From an uncultured Gammaproteobacteria bacterium (GTDB lineage Bacteria > Pseudomonadota > Gammaproteobacteria > GCA-002705445 > GCA-002716945), in NCBI GenBank assembly GCA_902521725.1, contig CABYTF010000005.1, positions 118 to 64,117 of the forward strand: a stretch of DNA of 64,000 bases, read 5' to 3'. Numbering within the stretch: the first letter of the stretch is position 1; each line of letters begins with the position of its first letter. Positions 10,615 to 18,996 of this stretch are shown here, piece by piece. A model generated the notes under the pieces. The model was not told the origin of the DNA, searched no databases, and was given only the letters and a program-made list of their open reading frames with translations. Position numbers and translations under genes: made by a program.

Positions 10615-10950
10615 TTAAATCATTTGTTCATTATTCAAACTTTCGTCCCATAGTTTTTCGAGAGAGTAAAATTCTCTTGCCTCAGGATGCATGACGTGTA
10701 CTAGAACGTCGCCAAAATCGATAAGTACCCACTCTGATTTTGAATATCCCTCTATACCTATAGGTTTTATTTTAACTTTTTTGAGTTTTTTTATAATATT
10801 GTCCGAAATTGATTTCACGTGGCGAGTAGACCTTCCTGATGCTATTATCATAGTATCTGTAACAGATGATTTGTTTTTTACATCGAGCGATATAATGTTT
10901 TCTGCTTTATACTCCTCAAGTAGAAGGCTTATTTCTTTATCTAACATCAC
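10615..10950 (-). CDS. rsfS: Ribosome silencing factor
   Basis: IASGRSTRHV, WVLIDFGDVLVHVM, REFYSLEKLW. Confidence 0.95.
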   Translation of the reverse strand: MMLDKEISLLLEEYKAENIISLDVKNKSSVTDTMIIASGRSTRHVKSISDNIIKKLKKVKIKPIGIEGYSKSEWVLIDFGDVLVHVMHPEAREFYSLEKLWDESLNNEQMI

Positions 10951-11576
10951 TTATATAGACCGTTTTTTTCAATGTACTCGCAATTCTCTCTCGAGACATA
11001 ATTTTTAAAAGATTCATCTTGTTTTATCATCTGTCTCAATGTAGTAGCTGATATATCGGATTTATGCGGAGTTGAAAAATGTATTTTTCCAGATTTGGCT
11101 TGGTTAAACAAATTGATATTTTCTTCTATATATTTTTTCAACACGTCAATTTTACCATATCTTTCAATATTATCTCTAGAAAGAACAATAATATTAACAG
11201 ATGATAGAATATCAGCATATTTATACCATGATGTGAAACTGTAAAAATTATCCTCTCCCATAATGATCCTGAGTGATCTACTTTTAAACTTTTTTTTGAA
11301 GTAATAAACAGTATCTATTGTGAAGGATATGTTTTCTGATGTATTCTCAAATGTACTGACAGAAAAAAATTTATGACCTTTGATGGCATTCTTAATCATA
11401 TTTACTCTGTCAGAGTAACTTGCAAAGAATTTTCTTCCTATGGGTGATTTACTTGTAGGAACAAAAATTATTTTCTCCAGATCATAATAATCTTTTATTT
11501 TACACGGAATATCTATATGAGCTGTGTGGACAGGATCAAATGAGCCAAGATATAAACCTATGTTTTGCTCTTTAAT
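10947..11576 (-). CDS. nadD: Nicotinate-nucleotide adenylyltransferase; true start upstream of the track's ORF, probably ATT
   Basis: Frame is open to 11576 and encodes IGLYLGSFDPVHTAH (HxxH motif); also IMGED, WY, ISATTLR; proA-nadD-rsfS synteny. Confidence 0.88.
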   Translation of the reverse strand: MKEQNIGLYLGSFDPVHTAHIDIPCKIKDYYDLEKIIFVPTSKSPIGRKFFASYSDRVNMIKNAIKGHKFFSVSTFENTSENISFTIDTVYYFKKKFKSRSLRIIMGEDNFYSFTSWYKYADILSSVNIIVLSRDNIERYGKIDVLKKYIEENINLFNQAKSGKIHFSTPHKSDISATTLRQMIKQDESFKNYVSRENCEYIEKNGLYK

Positions 11577-12837
11577 TTCTGATCACTCCTCTACTTGAGA
11601 CAACGTACTTCAAATTTGTTAATCCCTCAAGACCCACTGGACCACGTGCGTGAATTTTATCTGTACTGATTCCAATTTCGGCGCCAAGGCCATATTCAAA
11701 TCCGTCTGCGAATCTTGTTGATGTGTTTACCATTACAGAACTTGAGTCAACTTCTCTCAAGAATCTAGATTGTGATTTTTTGTTCTTTGATATTATGGAA
11801 TCAGTGTGTCTACTTCCGTACTTTTCAATATGATCTATTGCCTCATCAATGCTATTTACAATTTTTACAGCAATGATCGGCTTTAAATATTCCTCATACC
11901 AGTCTGACTCATTTGCTAATTTTGTCTTTTTAAAAATAGCTTTTGTTTTTTTGCATCCTCTTATTTCCACATTATGCTCAGAGAGTGTTGTTAATATCTT
12001 GATGATAGAAGATTTTGGGAAATCTTTATGAATGATTAGAGATTCAGCGGCGTTACATACTCCGTACCGTTGTGTCTTTGAATTTATCGTACATTTCATA
12101 GCAACTTTGAAATCAGCATCGCTATCAATATAAACATGACAATTACCGTCTAAATGTTTAATAACAGGAATTTTTGACTCAGTTGATATTTTTTTTATCA
12201 GATTTTTCCCGCCCCTTGGAATTATTACATCAACATATTGCTCTAGCTTAAGAAGCTCACTCACAGCTGACCTATCTGTAGTGTTTATTAACTGAACCAT
12301 ATTTATAGGCATTTTGCACTCACGAAGAGATTCTTTTATTATACTGGAAAGAGCTAAATTAGAATTAATGGATTCACTACCACCTCTGAGGATAATACTA
12401 TTTCCTGATTTGATTGATAACCCAGCAGCATCGATTGTAACATTTGGCCTAGATTCGTATATCATCCCTATCACGCCTATTGGCACTCTCATTTGTTCGA
12501 CAGAAATACCACTTGGTTGAATTGTTTTGTTAATTTTTTTGAAAAGTGTATCCGGAATTGATTTTATTTTCTTAAGGCCATCAATCATGGAAGAAATTCT
12601 TTCATCGTTTATTAGTAGCCTATCTATCAGTGCATCTGACATTTTATTTTTGACAGCATTCTTTACATCAATAGAATTTCTTTTAAAGATATACTCTTTT
12701 TGACTACTGAGCTGATTGATTATACTGTTTAGTATTTTATTTCTTTGAGTATTCGATAGACTTCTAGATAGCTTAGAAGCCTCGTTAGACGCACGACAGA
12801 CACCTAAAATATATTTTTTTATTTTTTGTTTAATCAT
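11572..12837 (-). CDS. proA: Gamma-glutamyl phosphate reductase
   Basis: IYESRPNVT, LRGGSE, CNAAESL, RFADGFEYGLGAEIGIST, HARGPVGL. Confidence 0.97.
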   Translation of the reverse strand: MIKQKIKKYILGVCRASNEASKLSRSLSNTQRNKILNSIINQLSSQKEYIFKRNSIDVKNAVKNKMSDALIDRLLINDERISSMIDGLKKIKSIPDTLFKKINKTIQPSGISVEQMRVPIGVIGMIYESRPNVTIDAAGLSIKSGNSIILRGGSESINSNLALSSIIKESLRECKMPINMVQLINTTDRSAVSELLKLEQYVDVIIPRGGKNLIKKISTESKIPVIKHLDGNCHVYIDSDADFKVAMKCTINSKTQRYGVCNAAESLIIHKDFPKSSIIKILTTLSEHNVEIRGCKKTKAIFKKTKLANESDWYEEYLKPIIAVKIVNSIDEAIDHIEKYGSRHTDSIISKNKKSQSRFLREVDSSSVMVNTSTRFADGFEYGLGAEIGISTDKIHARGPVGLEGLTNLKYVVSSRGVIRN

Positions 12838-13793
12838 TTTGCATGTTTACTCATTAAATCATGGAATAAACTACTAAAGCTAACCCAGGGATTCGATCTT
12901 TTTGACATATATTTTGATTTTATATCAATGCTAGCAATATTTTTTAGTAAAAATAAGAGTTCATCTAAAGTATATTTCTTTGATGCATTTTTATATTTTG
13001 TTATTAAAAAAGAGGGAATATATGGTTTTGACGTCGTTGGCTTTACTAATGAATAGATTTTCTCAAGCTCTTGGTTGACTAAAAAAATAATGTATGACAG
13101 AGATGTGTCTATTTCTCTTAAATAACCACTTACTTTAACAAATCCTACAGCATCTTTGTTGAGAAGTGTATCAATGAGATCATATTCAGAATATTTCGAG
13201 CTCTCAATCATGGAATTCACTTTACTGCCCATTAGGCCTTTTAAATAGATCGATTGTGAAATTGAAAGAGTATTATTTAGGTTTAGATCAATCAACTCTT
13301 TGATGTAGTCTTGATTAAACTCAATATTATTAGCCTTACACTTACCAACAACCCACCGTTCTAGCACTTGACCTTTGAGTTCATATATTTCCACCACACA
13401 TGCTATGTTAGAAATATTTTTATAAAGGCTAGTTTTCTTAAATGATGCTGATTGTCTATCTAGCTTTAAGATAATTCTGTCTTCAGTATGTTGAGAAATC
13501 CATGAATCAAAAAGTTTTTTCATGTTTATAGGAATTGATTTAGATACTATGTTTATTACAAATAATTTCTTTTCCTCAAAAAGTGATTGTTCATATAAAT
13601 TACTTTTTACGTCTTCTGTTTGAGCATCATCATCTATAACGTAATTCACCGTTTTGTAACCTAATTTTCTGTAAAAACGGATTATATCCCGCTCTATTTC
13701 ATTGCTTATATTTCTTGGATTACCGTGCACCAAAAATAATGGTATTTCTGCTGTAAGTGGGAAATTCTTAAATTTAACATAATCAAGTATCAT
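12834..13793 (-). CDS. holA: DNA polymerase III delta subunit (divergent)
   Basis: LFLVHG, SLFEEKKL, LASIDIKSK-type C-terminus; size and position upstream of proA/nadD. Confidence 0.8.
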   Translation of the reverse strand: MILDYVKFKNFPLTAEIPLFLVHGNPRNISNEIERDIIRFYRKLGYKTVNYVIDDDAQTEDVKSNLYEQSLFEEKKLFVINIVSKSIPINMKKLFDSWISQHTEDRIILKLDRQSASFKKTSLYKNISNIACVVEIYELKGQVLERWVVGKCKANNIEFNQDYIKELIDLNLNNTLSISQSIYLKGLMGSKVNSMIESSKYSEYDLIDTLLNKDAVGFVKVSGYLREIDTSLSYIIFLVNQELEKIYSLVKPTTSKPYIPSFLITKYKNASKKYTLDELLFLLKNIASIDIKSKYMSKRSNPWVSFSSLFHDLMSKHAK

Positions 13794-13819
13794 GATTTAA
13801 ATTATACTATACATAACAG

Positions 13820-14707
13820 ATGAAGAGCGCTAAAAAAAACGAGGTTGGATTTATTGGTTTAGGCATTATGGGAAAACCAATGGTCATAAACTTAATAAAA
13901 AATGACATTAAGGTTTATTTCTATGCGAGGAAGAGACAAATAATAGATGAAATATCGAAGATTGGAGGTAAGTTTATTCCAAATCCTAGTGATATTTCAA
14001 AATTCACAAAAATCATCTTGACGAACCTCCCAAATACAAAAGATGTCGAAAATATTGTCATTGGTAAAAATGGAATTATCAATAGTCTACAAACCGGCTC
14101 TATTGTAATAGACATGAGCACGATATCACCTGAAGGCACAAGATATATAAATGGCAAATTGCGAGAAAGAAAATCCTATCTTGTGGATGCTCCGGTATCA
14201 GGTGGTGAGGCTGGCGCGAAATCTGGGAAATTATCAATTATGGTTGGTGGAGATAAATCAGCTTATCTCAAAATCAGATTTATTCTGTCAATTCTAGGCA
14301 GCAAAATAACATATTTAGGTAAAAGTGGATCAGGTCAAGTTTGCAAAGCTTGCAATCAAATCTTGGTGGCACAAACTATACAATCTATTAGCGAAATTAT
14401 CACTATTGCAAAGAAGTCAGATATAAATCCGATGATAATTAGAGAAGCTCTTCTCGCGGGATATGCCAATAGTAAAATTTTAGAGGTTCATGGGAAAAGA
14501 ATGATTACCTCAGACTATAAACCTGGGTTTAAGCTATCTCTTCATCATAAAGATCTCAAAATAGCTAAGAATTTAATCAAAAACATGGGCTTAAATCTGA
14601 AAGGATTGAATCAAGTTCAGAAAGCAATGAGGTCCGCGGAAAGTGAAGGTCTGTCAGAATTCGACTCCTCTGTCATCCATACTATATTAGAAAAAACTTA
14701 TAAATAA
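13820..14707 (+). CDS. NAD(P)-dependent beta-hydroxyacid dehydrogenase (GarR/GlxR/MmsB family)
   Basis: GFIGLGIMG, DMSTISP, DAPVSGG, GSGQVCKACNQI, PGF...HHKDL. Confidence 0.9.
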   Translation: MKSAKKNEVGFIGLGIMGKPMVINLIKNDIKVYFYARKRQIIDEISKIGGKFIPNPSDISKFTKIILTNLPNTKDVENIVIGKNGIINSLQTGSIVIDMSTISPEGTRYINGKLRERKSYLVDAPVSGGEAGAKSGKLSIMVGGDKSAYLKIRFILSILGSKITYLGKSGSGQVCKACNQILVAQTIQSISEIITIAKKSDINPMIIREALLAGYANSKILEVHGKRMITSDYKPGFKLSLHHKDLKIAKNLIKNMGLNLKGLNQVQKAMRSAESEGLSEFDSSVIHTILEKTYK

Positions 14708-14745
14708 TTATTAGTGTTTTTATTTTAATATATTATAATATCCGC

Positions 14746-15144
14746 ATGGACGACAAATACGAGAGTATATATAGAAATCTAAATGTAACCCCTACAAAAC
14801 AGAGGGTTGATTTAGCGCAGCTGATATTTTCAAAGAAACAGCATTTTACTGCTAATGACCTTATAGCAATGGCTGATAAAAAGAAATTGCATATTTCTAT
14901 GGCAACAATATATAATACTCTTTCTTTATTGGAGGATAAAGGAATGTTAAAGACAATAAATATAGATAATGAATTAAAGTTCTATGATACTAATCTAGAT
15001 AATCACCATCACCTTTACAATACAACCATGAGCACCTTGACTGATATTGACCATGATAAGATTGTTTTTGCAGAACTCCCAGAGTTACCAAATACTCTCC
15101 AAATCGAGAGCACAGAAGTATTAATCAAGGCAAAAAATAAATAA
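14746..15144 (+). CDS. Fur-family regulator, Irr subtype
   Basis: PTKQR, HFTA, SMATIYNTL, YDTNLDNHHHLY (HHH), no C-terminal CxxC, LPELP tail as in Irr proteins. Confidence 0.85.
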   Translation: MDDKYESIYRNLNVTPTKQRVDLAQLIFSKKQHFTANDLIAMADKKKLHISMATIYNTLSLLEDKGMLKTINIDNELKFYDTNLDNHHHLYNTTMSTLTDIDHDKIVFAELPELPNTLQIESTEVLIKAKNK

Positions 15145-15149
15145 TAATC

Positions 15150-15731
15150 TTAATTTGTTTTAAGATCACCTTGTAAGCTTTTTTTAGCGATCTCGTCTAA
15201 TACAATTTCCTTGTTATATTCTGGGTGATCTACGCCTATTCTCACATCAGAACTTGAAATGAAATCAGCTATGTCATCTTGCTCAAGCTGAAAACGTAAG
15301 AAGTGAACTGCAGATGTTTTCTCATCCGTGCTCCTGTCTAAATCCTCATCTGCATAAGCTATAATTTTTTTATCGCCGGAAGATAACCAAACTTTATTTT
15401 CTATATCATGGAGCTTGAACAACATCTCTCTTCTCACTTCAACATCAGGAAACATTATCAACATTGTTGCTTTGAGATTTGTTCCATCAGGAATGAGGGG
15501 ATTGTATGCATCAATTTCTTCTTGAATTTCCTTCTTATTGAAAATTTTTTCTATCCTCAGCATTTCCTGTACTTGATATTTGATAGTCATATAATCTTCA
15601 AATATAAGAACAATGTTATCGCCAATATTGATTGTCCTGTTTTTTTTATGACTAATTAGTTCTTTTTTTATTGAGTCTCTCTTAGAATCATATTCTTCAA
15701 GTGAGAGAAGGTCTTTAGGCTCTAATTTCAT
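15150..15731 (-). CDS. DUF3501 family protein
   Basis: YQVQEMLRIE, YNPLIP, KTSAVHFLRF, GVDHP; known partner of aerobic-type rubrerythrin. Confidence 0.9.
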   Translation of the reverse strand: MKLEPKDLLSLEEYDSKRDSIKKELISHKKNRTINIGDNIVLIFEDYMTIKYQVQEMLRIEKIFNKKEIQEEIDAYNPLIPDGTNLKATMLIMFPDVEVRREMLFKLHDIENKVWLSSGDKKIIAYADEDLDRSTDEKTSAVHFLRFQLEQDDIADFISSSDVRIGVDHPEYNKEIVLDEIAKKSLQGDLKTN

Positions 15732-17056
15732 GCTCTTATTCCATACGCTTTCTTAATTAAACTAATCGGATGCTCAGGCTCTTGTATGTTCCCTAGTGAA
15801 TTTTCAATATGATGAGCGGCCAATGAGCAGTCACTTGTAAAACTATCAAAATTGGCATCTTTAAATGACTTGGTTATAGGTCTAGCAATTTTGATAGCAA
15901 TATCATGTGTTTCTAGCTTTACTCCGTATGTTCCATCATGACCAGAACACCTTTCGATTGCATTGACGGTAGTACCAGGAACTAGTTCGAGAATTTTTTT
16001 TGTTAACATGCCAAAGTTTTGTACTCTCTGATGGCATGCAACTTGATACGATATGTTGCCAAGCTCTGTATTAAAATCTGTTTTCAATATACCCTCATTA
16101 TTCAACATATTTAAAAATTCAAAGGGGTCTCTAAATGATTTGGAGACTTTCAATAAATCTTGATTATCAGGGAAAAGAAGTGGCAGCTCTTGTTTATACA
16201 TCAAAACGCACGATGGAATTGGCGCAATAATCAGATATCCTAGATCAGTGAATTTTTTGAATTTAGGCAAGTTCTTTTCCATCATCTTGCCGACTTCCTC
16301 GATGTTTCCTAATTCTAACTTTGGCATCCCGCAACAGTTGTCGTCGGTTATCATTTCCACAGTTACATCATTGTGTTTTAGAATATCATAGAAGTCTTTG
16401 ATTACTCCGGGCTCGTTAAAGTTATGATAGCAAGTAGTAAAAATTGCTACCTTGAATTTTGAAGTATTAGATTGATTGGTTAGGTTGAGCTGTTTCGCAG
16501 TTTTTGATACAAATTTAGGCAACTTTGCGTTTCTATGGACCCCAAACTTCTCCAAAAGTTTTCTGAAAACTTTGTTATTGTTAAAGAAATTTACAAATGT
16601 AGAGACAAAATACCTAGAGAACATTTTGCCTAGCATATCTGTAGAGGCAAGAACTTTGTCACGAAAAGATATTTTTTTCTTTGAATTTTTAATTGCCTTA
16701 CCTCTTAGCATAAGGTGAGGAAAATCAATCTCCCATTCATGTGGTGGAACATATGGACACTTTGTCATAAAACATAAGTCACACAAATAGCAATGATCTA
16801 CAACTGAATCAAAGTCATTATATGAGACTCCGTCAACTTCAAAAGTTTCAGATTCATCAATGAGATCAAATAAAGTAGGGAATGAATTACATAGACTCAC
16901 ACATCTCCTGCAACCATGACAAGCGTCTGCGACTCGTCGTAGCTCTTCCTCGTATTTTTCTTCATTCAAAAAATCGGGGTTTTTCCAATCTATAATATGT
17001 CTGGTTGGTTTTTCAAGCCCACCTTCCAAGCTAGGTTTTAAATTCGCGTTGTCCAT
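15728..17056 (-). CDS. Rubrerythrin-associated Fe-S oxidoreductase (GlpC-like, CCG domains)
   Basis: CHGCRRCVSLC and CYLCDLCFMTKC 4Fe-4S motifs; CCGMP; CSGHDG. Confidence 0.9.
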   Translation of the reverse strand: MDNANLKPSLEGGLEKPTRHIIDWKNPDFLNEEKYEEELRRVADACHGCRRCVSLCNSFPTLFDLIDESETFEVDGVSYNDFDSVVDHCYLCDLCFMTKCPYVPPHEWEIDFPHLMLRGKAIKNSKKKISFRDKVLASTDMLGKMFSRYFVSTFVNFFNNNKVFRKLLEKFGVHRNAKLPKFVSKTAKQLNLTNQSNTSKFKVAIFTTCYHNFNEPGVIKDFYDILKHNDVTVEMITDDNCCGMPKLELGNIEEVGKMMEKNLPKFKKFTDLGYLIIAPIPSCVLMYKQELPLLFPDNQDLLKVSKSFRDPFEFLNMLNNEGILKTDFNTELGNISYQVACHQRVQNFGMLTKKILELVPGTTVNAIERCSGHDGTYGVKLETHDIAIKIARPITKSFKDANFDSFTSDCSLAAHHIENSLGNIQEPEHPISLIKKAYGIRA

Positions 17057-17080
17057 ATTTCCCTGTTTTTTAGTTAAATC

Positions 17081-17107
17081 CTAGTGGGTAAACAAATTAC
17101 CCACTAG
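17081..17107 (-). terminator. Perfect 11-bp intercistronic hairpin after rubrerythrin (leaky terminator or mRNA stabiliser)
   Basis: CTAGTGGGTAA-acaaa-TTACCCACTAG; only a weak U tract on the minus strand. Confidence 0.6.
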
Positions 17108-17117
17108 ATAGATATTT

Positions 17118-17537
17118 TTATGAGATTGATTCTAGCGCTTTAGTAAAGCGGTTAGCATGTGATCTCTCAGCTTTTGCAAGAGTCTCGAACCAATCAGCGA
17201 TCTCATCATGACCTTCATCTCTTGCTGTTTTTGCCATTCCAGGGTACATATCTGTGTACTCGTGTGTTTCCCCAGCAATAGCTGCTTTTAAGTTTGAAAC
17301 ACTATCTCCGATAGGCTCTCCTGTAGCAGGATCTCCACATTCTTTTTCAAGATACTCTAAATGACCATGAGCATGACCTGTTTCACCTTCAGCGGTTGAG
17401 CGAAAAACAGTAGCTATATCATTTTGACCCTCAACATCAGCCTTAGCTGCAAAGTAAAGGTATCTTCTATTTGCTTGGGATTCCCCAGCAAATGCGTCTT
17501 TTAAGTTTTGTTCTGTTTTTGAACCTTTTAAACTCAT
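17118..17537 (-). CDS. rbr: Rubrerythrin (short aerobic type, no rubredoxin domain)
   Basis: AFAGESQANRRY, ETGHAHGH, GETHEYTDMYP, AERSHA di-iron ligands; GGAG SD before the ATG at 17537. Confidence 0.93.
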   Translation of the reverse strand: MSLKGSKTEQNLKDAFAGESQANRRYLYFAAKADVEGQNDIATVFRSTAEGETGHAHGHLEYLEKECGDPATGEPIGDSVSNLKAAIAGETHEYTDMYPGMAKTARDEGHDEIADWFETLAKAERSHANRFTKALESIS

Positions 17538-17556
17538 TATAGTCTCCAATATGATT

Positions 17557-17575
17557 ATTTAGAATGATTCTAAAT
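17557..17575. promoter_or_regulatory. ICE (iron control element)/Irr-box palindrome
   Basis: ATTTAGAAT-G-ATTCTAAAT is a perfect palindrome matching TTTRGAAYNRTTCYAAA. Confidence 0.8.
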
Positions 17576-17595
17576 TTATCCATTACATATGTCAA
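17567..17595 (-). promoter_or_regulatory. Sigma70 promoter of the rbr operon
   Basis: TTGACA (17595-17590), 17-nt spacer, TAGAAT (17572-17567). Confidence 0.8.
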
Positions 17596-17621
17596 ATATT
17601 TTCTGCTATGATATTTAAGAT

Positions 17622-17640
17622 GATAATGATTCTTGTTATC
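17622..17640. promoter_or_regulatory. Fur-box-like site
   Basis: GATAATGATTCTTGTTATC matches 15/19 of GATAATGATAATCATTATC. Confidence 0.55.
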
Positions 17641-17654
17641 TTTGAGACGAGATT

Positions 17655-18668
17655 TTGAACAGACTATTATTTCAATTCTATAAAAAAATAGCATTTAAAG
17701 TTGATCCAGAGAAAGCTCATGATATATCGCTCTCTATTCTTGAGTTTATCTACAAAAGCTTTCTTGGAAAGATATTTCATAAAAGATTTGAAAAAAATAG
17801 TATCAAACAATTTGATGTTCTTTTCGATAACCCTGTGGGACTAGCTGCGGGGTTTGACAAAAATGCTGACTATCTTAATTTTATCACCAATATTGGATTT
17901 GGTTTTGTTGAAGTTGGTACCTTAACTCCAAAGGCCCAAGCTGGGAACCCGAGGCCAAGGGTTTTTAGATTAGCCAAGGATGAGGCGATAATTAATCATC
18001 TCGGTTTTAATAATAAGGGTATTGACTATGGAATATCTCGCATAAAAGAATTTAATAGAAATATACCCATAGGTGTCAATATAGGCAAAAATGCCTCGAC
18101 AGATGTAAAAGATGCTTTCAGTGATTACGAGTATTGTTTGAGAAAAGCTTATTCAGTAGCAGACTATATCACATTAAATATTTCCTCACCTAATACAGAG
18201 AATTTGAGAGACTTACAGAAAGGAGAAAAGATAAGTAGCTTCCTTCATTCCATAAAAACACTTCATGATAATTTAAAAAAAGTTTATAAAAAACATACGC
18301 CACTAGTTATTAAGATTGCTCCTGATGTGACTGATGAAATAATTTTTGATTTGTCAAATCTAGTAAATGAGTATGATATAGATGGAGTGATATGTACTAA
18401 CACAACTATAGATAAATCTCATTTGAGTGATCAATTCAAATCTTTACAAGGAGGTTTAAGTGGTAAACCCCTTTTCCGAAAATCAAATGATGTACTAACT
18501 AAAGTTTCTAATGCTCTTGGAAGAGAGAGAACAATAATTGGTGTAGGCGGTATCGATTCTTATGAATCAGCAAATGAGAAGTTTAGATTAGGTGCAAATT
18601 TACTTCAACTTTATACAGGTCTTGTATACAAAGGGCCAAAAATTATCGAGGATATATTACGATACTAG
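17655..18668 (+). CDS. pyrD: Quinone-dependent dihydroorotate dehydrogenase
   Basis: NPVGLAAGFDKN, QAGNPRPRVFRL, NISSPNT, KIAPD, GGLSG. Confidence 0.96.
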   Translation: MNRLLFQFYKKIAFKVDPEKAHDISLSILEFIYKSFLGKIFHKRFEKNSIKQFDVLFDNPVGLAAGFDKNADYLNFITNIGFGFVEVGTLTPKAQAGNPRPRVFRLAKDEAIINHLGFNNKGIDYGISRIKEFNRNIPIGVNIGKNASTDVKDAFSDYEYCLRKAYSVADYITLNISSPNTENLRDLQKGEKISSFLHSIKTLHDNLKKVYKKHTPLVIKIAPDVTDEIIFDLSNLVNEYDIDGVICTNTTIDKSHLSDQFKSLQGGLSGKPLFRKSNDVLTKVSNALGRERTIIGVGGIDSYESANEKFRLGANLLQLYTGLVYKGPKIIEDILRY

Positions 18669-18961
18669 TTTGATTCAGGCTTCCAAGTGCCGTATGCTTC
18701 TTCAGTGTTTTGTGGTGCTTTTTGGGCTTCACCTTCGAGAGCACTTGTTTGTTGATCATAGACATATTGAGTAAACTCAATGAGCTGTTTCAAGATATCG
18801 TCTTTATCTTTTTTGGGGATTTCGGCAGTTGCTACTATTGAGCCAACTACCGCAGATAAATACTGAGATGCTAGTATCGGATCCTCATTTTTCGGCTCAT
18901 AGTCTACAAGAACTTTTTGTAAGCCTTTGAGTAATTCTGGTTTTAGTACAATTTCAGTCAT
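18665..18961 (-). CDS. Hypothetical small helical protein
   Basis: 98-aa ORF filling the gap; 4-nt stop overlap with pyrD. Confidence 0.75.
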   Translation of the reverse strand: MTEIVLKPELLKGLQKVLVDYEPKNEDPILASQYLSAVVGSIVATAEIPKKDKDDILKQLIEFTQYVYDQQTSALEGEAQKAPQNTEEAYGTWKPESN

Positions 18962-18996
18962 AAATATTCACACAAGTTATATTATAATATGTATGT

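Noticed and set aside
10947-11399. nadD as a truncated pseudogene
   Set aside because: The frame continues without interruption to a full-length ~209-aa protein with the N-terminal motif intact
17467-17694. 75-aa ORF spanning the rbr-pyrD spacer
   Set aside because: Overlaps both genes and the promoter/operator sites; likely a chance ORF
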